Origin: a virus | Lineage: Duplodnaviria > Heunggongvirae > Uroviricota > Caudoviricetes | IMG/VR virus record: IMGVR_UViG_2526164613_000026 | Direction: 5' to 3' (one strand) | DNA: 38,095 nucleotides | Shown here: positions 36,227-38,095 of the stretch, piece after piece | How the letters are laid out: each line of letters begins with the position of its first letter | Numbering within the stretch: position 1 is the stretch's first letter | Program-made: the position numbers and the translations under genes | The notes under the pieces: model-generated | Told to the model about the DNA's origin: nothing | The model's input: only the letters and a program-made list of their open reading frames with translations | Database searches by the model: none

Positions 36227-37620
36227 CCTCGCCGCCGTAGCAATGCCACCTGCGCAAGTATGCTCCGCTCGTGAGCCTCGAAAGCTTCGCGCTTCAACGC
36301 AATCTCTTCCTGTAAAATCTCATCAGAAAAGTCGTAATGTTCTGCCATCGGGTCATCTGACTTGCTGGAGTGGTGAAGGCAAAGGAGGCTGATTTCCCTT
36401 CGGTCTGAGCGGGAATAGCCTCTTTCCTTCATCAAGGCAATAACATTGCTCTTAAGGAATTTACGGCACATCGTATTAAATGCACCGTCTTTCCCTTTAA
36501 CAGTTCCATCATGTTTTATTCCTTTTACAGCCCCGTCCGGGCTGTATGTTTTCACCAGCTTATCCAGTGATCGTTTTGAAAATGGCTGCATTGGATCACG
36601 TGGCTGCAAAAATACATAATCCCTGTTGCACTCAGGAACTGAATCACGCCAGGCTTTCTGCTCGTCGATAATCCGCCGGATCTCAGGCGTTATCGGCAGG
36701 CGGAAAGCCTTTTGTGTTTTCATAGCCCCTCGCATGCCGATAACCCCTTCCGGATAAACAATTTCACCAGCCTCCTCGTGAACGTAGTCCCAGCGCAGGT
36801 TATGGACATTAATCGGACGAACACCAGTGATGATCATGAAGCGAACAGCATTCTTCTGGTGTACAGAGGTGCAGGCAGCAACATTGAGCCAGAGTCGGGC
36901 GATTGATTCAATATCGGTAAAAAGCCGTGTGGGGGTAGGTTTCTGTACGCGGGAGGAAACATAATCATCTGGCAGACTGGCGGCAACATTGCGGCCGTTG
37001 CAAAGAGTAGGTGCGCAGAACTTCCAGAACCGACGGAGCTCGGCAAACAACTCCAGGGCGTTATTGTTCGAGCGAGTGGCGATCCACTCGTCCAGCACTT
37101 CCACCAGCCGACTGTATGTTACGTCGCTGAACACCTCGCGCTCGCCGAACGTTGATTTAATCCGGTCGATACGCACCCCATAGGTTGTGAAACTGTCCGG
37201 GCTCAGCTTCTGACGGGCTACTTTGGCTTTGAGGTCATCCCGGTACATTTCCAGCGCTGCATGTACGGACTCTGCCCGCAGTCCACCGTCAGCCATACCT
37301 AGTGCTTTTTCGCGCGCCAGCTGGATAGCGAGCTCCGGCCACTCGCCGAGCTTTTTACCTTTGAGGCCCATCTTTTTTGGAAACTCGGCGTAAAATGTAA
37401 CCTTACCGGCTTTGCTGAAATCGATACGGAGATAGTTCTCTTTTTCGTATTTGGAACGGCGAGCCACGCCGGAAGCAGCGAGGATGATTTTGGCGGCAGC
37501 AACACAGATTTTCATGTGTGCGCTGGTATAGGGGGGTTTACAGGCGTCCCATTTTTCAGAAGCGGCTAAAACATCGTCATTATTGGGGCTATCCGGATTA
37601 TGTGTTACAGTGCGCGGCAT
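36223..37620 (-). CDS. int: Tyrosine integrase
   Basis: ORF track starts at TTG 37626; ATG at 37620 has AAGGA 7 nt upstream (465 aa). Recombinase-like motifs (MIITGVRP, C-terminal LCLHHSSK...EHYDF). Terminal position next to a host gene. Confidence 0.8.
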   Translation of the reverse strand: MPRTVTHNPDSPNNDDVLAASEKWDACKPPYTSAHMKICVAAAKIILAASGVARRSKYEKENYLRIDFSKAGKVTFYAEFPKKMGLKGKKLGEWPELAIQLAREKALGMADGGLRAESVHAALEMYRDDLKAKVARQKLSPDSFTTYGVRIDRIKSTFGEREVFSDVTYSRLVEVLDEWIATRSNNNALELFAELRRFWKFCAPTLCNGRNVAASLPDDYVSSRVQKPTPTRLFTDIESIARLWLNVAACTSVHQKNAVRFMIITGVRPINVHNLRWDYVHEEAGEIVYPEGVIGMRGAMKTQKAFRLPITPEIRRIIDEQKAWRDSVPECNRDYVFLQPRDPMQPFSKRSLDKLVKTYSPDGAVKGIKHDGTVKGKDGAFNTMCRKFLKSNVIALMKERGYSRSDRREISLLCLHHSSKSDDPMAEHYDFSDEILQEEIALKREAFEAHERSILAQVALLRRRG

Positions 37621-37825
37621 TCTCAATCCTTATCTGCGTAGGCGCAGAAAACAAGCTCACACATACAAGTCTTTTCTACGGGACAAAATGCAATGTGTTG
37701 CGGTTTTGTGTTGCTGGACTGAGTTTATCAAGGTTAAATACACTGGATCAACATACAGTAAGTTAATGACAATAAAGCATACAAACTCGATACAACTTAC
37801 TGATTTTAAAATAATTTAACGGTAA

Positions 37826-38095
<270 letters not shown>

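Overview
The window is almost entirely one temperate, lambdoid-organised prophage with a Mu-like contractile tail, ending at its integrase next to a host ferredoxin gene (yfhL-like, 37835..38095). The leftward arm (minus strand, 25334 down to 1) runs Cro-like regulator, PrimPol/VirE primase-helicase, iteron cluster, Q antiterminator, holin/endolysin/Rz/Rz1, terminase, portal, head, sheath/tube, frameshifted chaperone, tape measure, baseplate, and a partial tail fibre that runs off the window start. The rightward arm (plus strand, 25455..36226) runs S24 repressor, a small Zn-ribbon protein, a PD-(D/E)XK nuclease / SSB-like / family-A DNA polymerase / VRR-NUC / SNF2 helicase module, and an AlpA-like excisionase, with the integrase convergent on the minus strand. 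Four AT-rich accessory cassettes interrupt this backbone and are the best candidates for undescribed function: a three-gene secreted/membrane/peptide cassette with its own terminator inside the baseplate operon, and three insertions in the replication module (two antisense membrane-protein cassettes, and a membrane-anchored protein paired with a frameshifted YfbU-like gene). Everything is from reading the sequence and ORF track by eye; family names are recalled from memory, and no database search or computed statistic was available. The ORF track uses TTG/GTG starts, so several starts were re-set to the first ATG with a Shine-Dalgarno.
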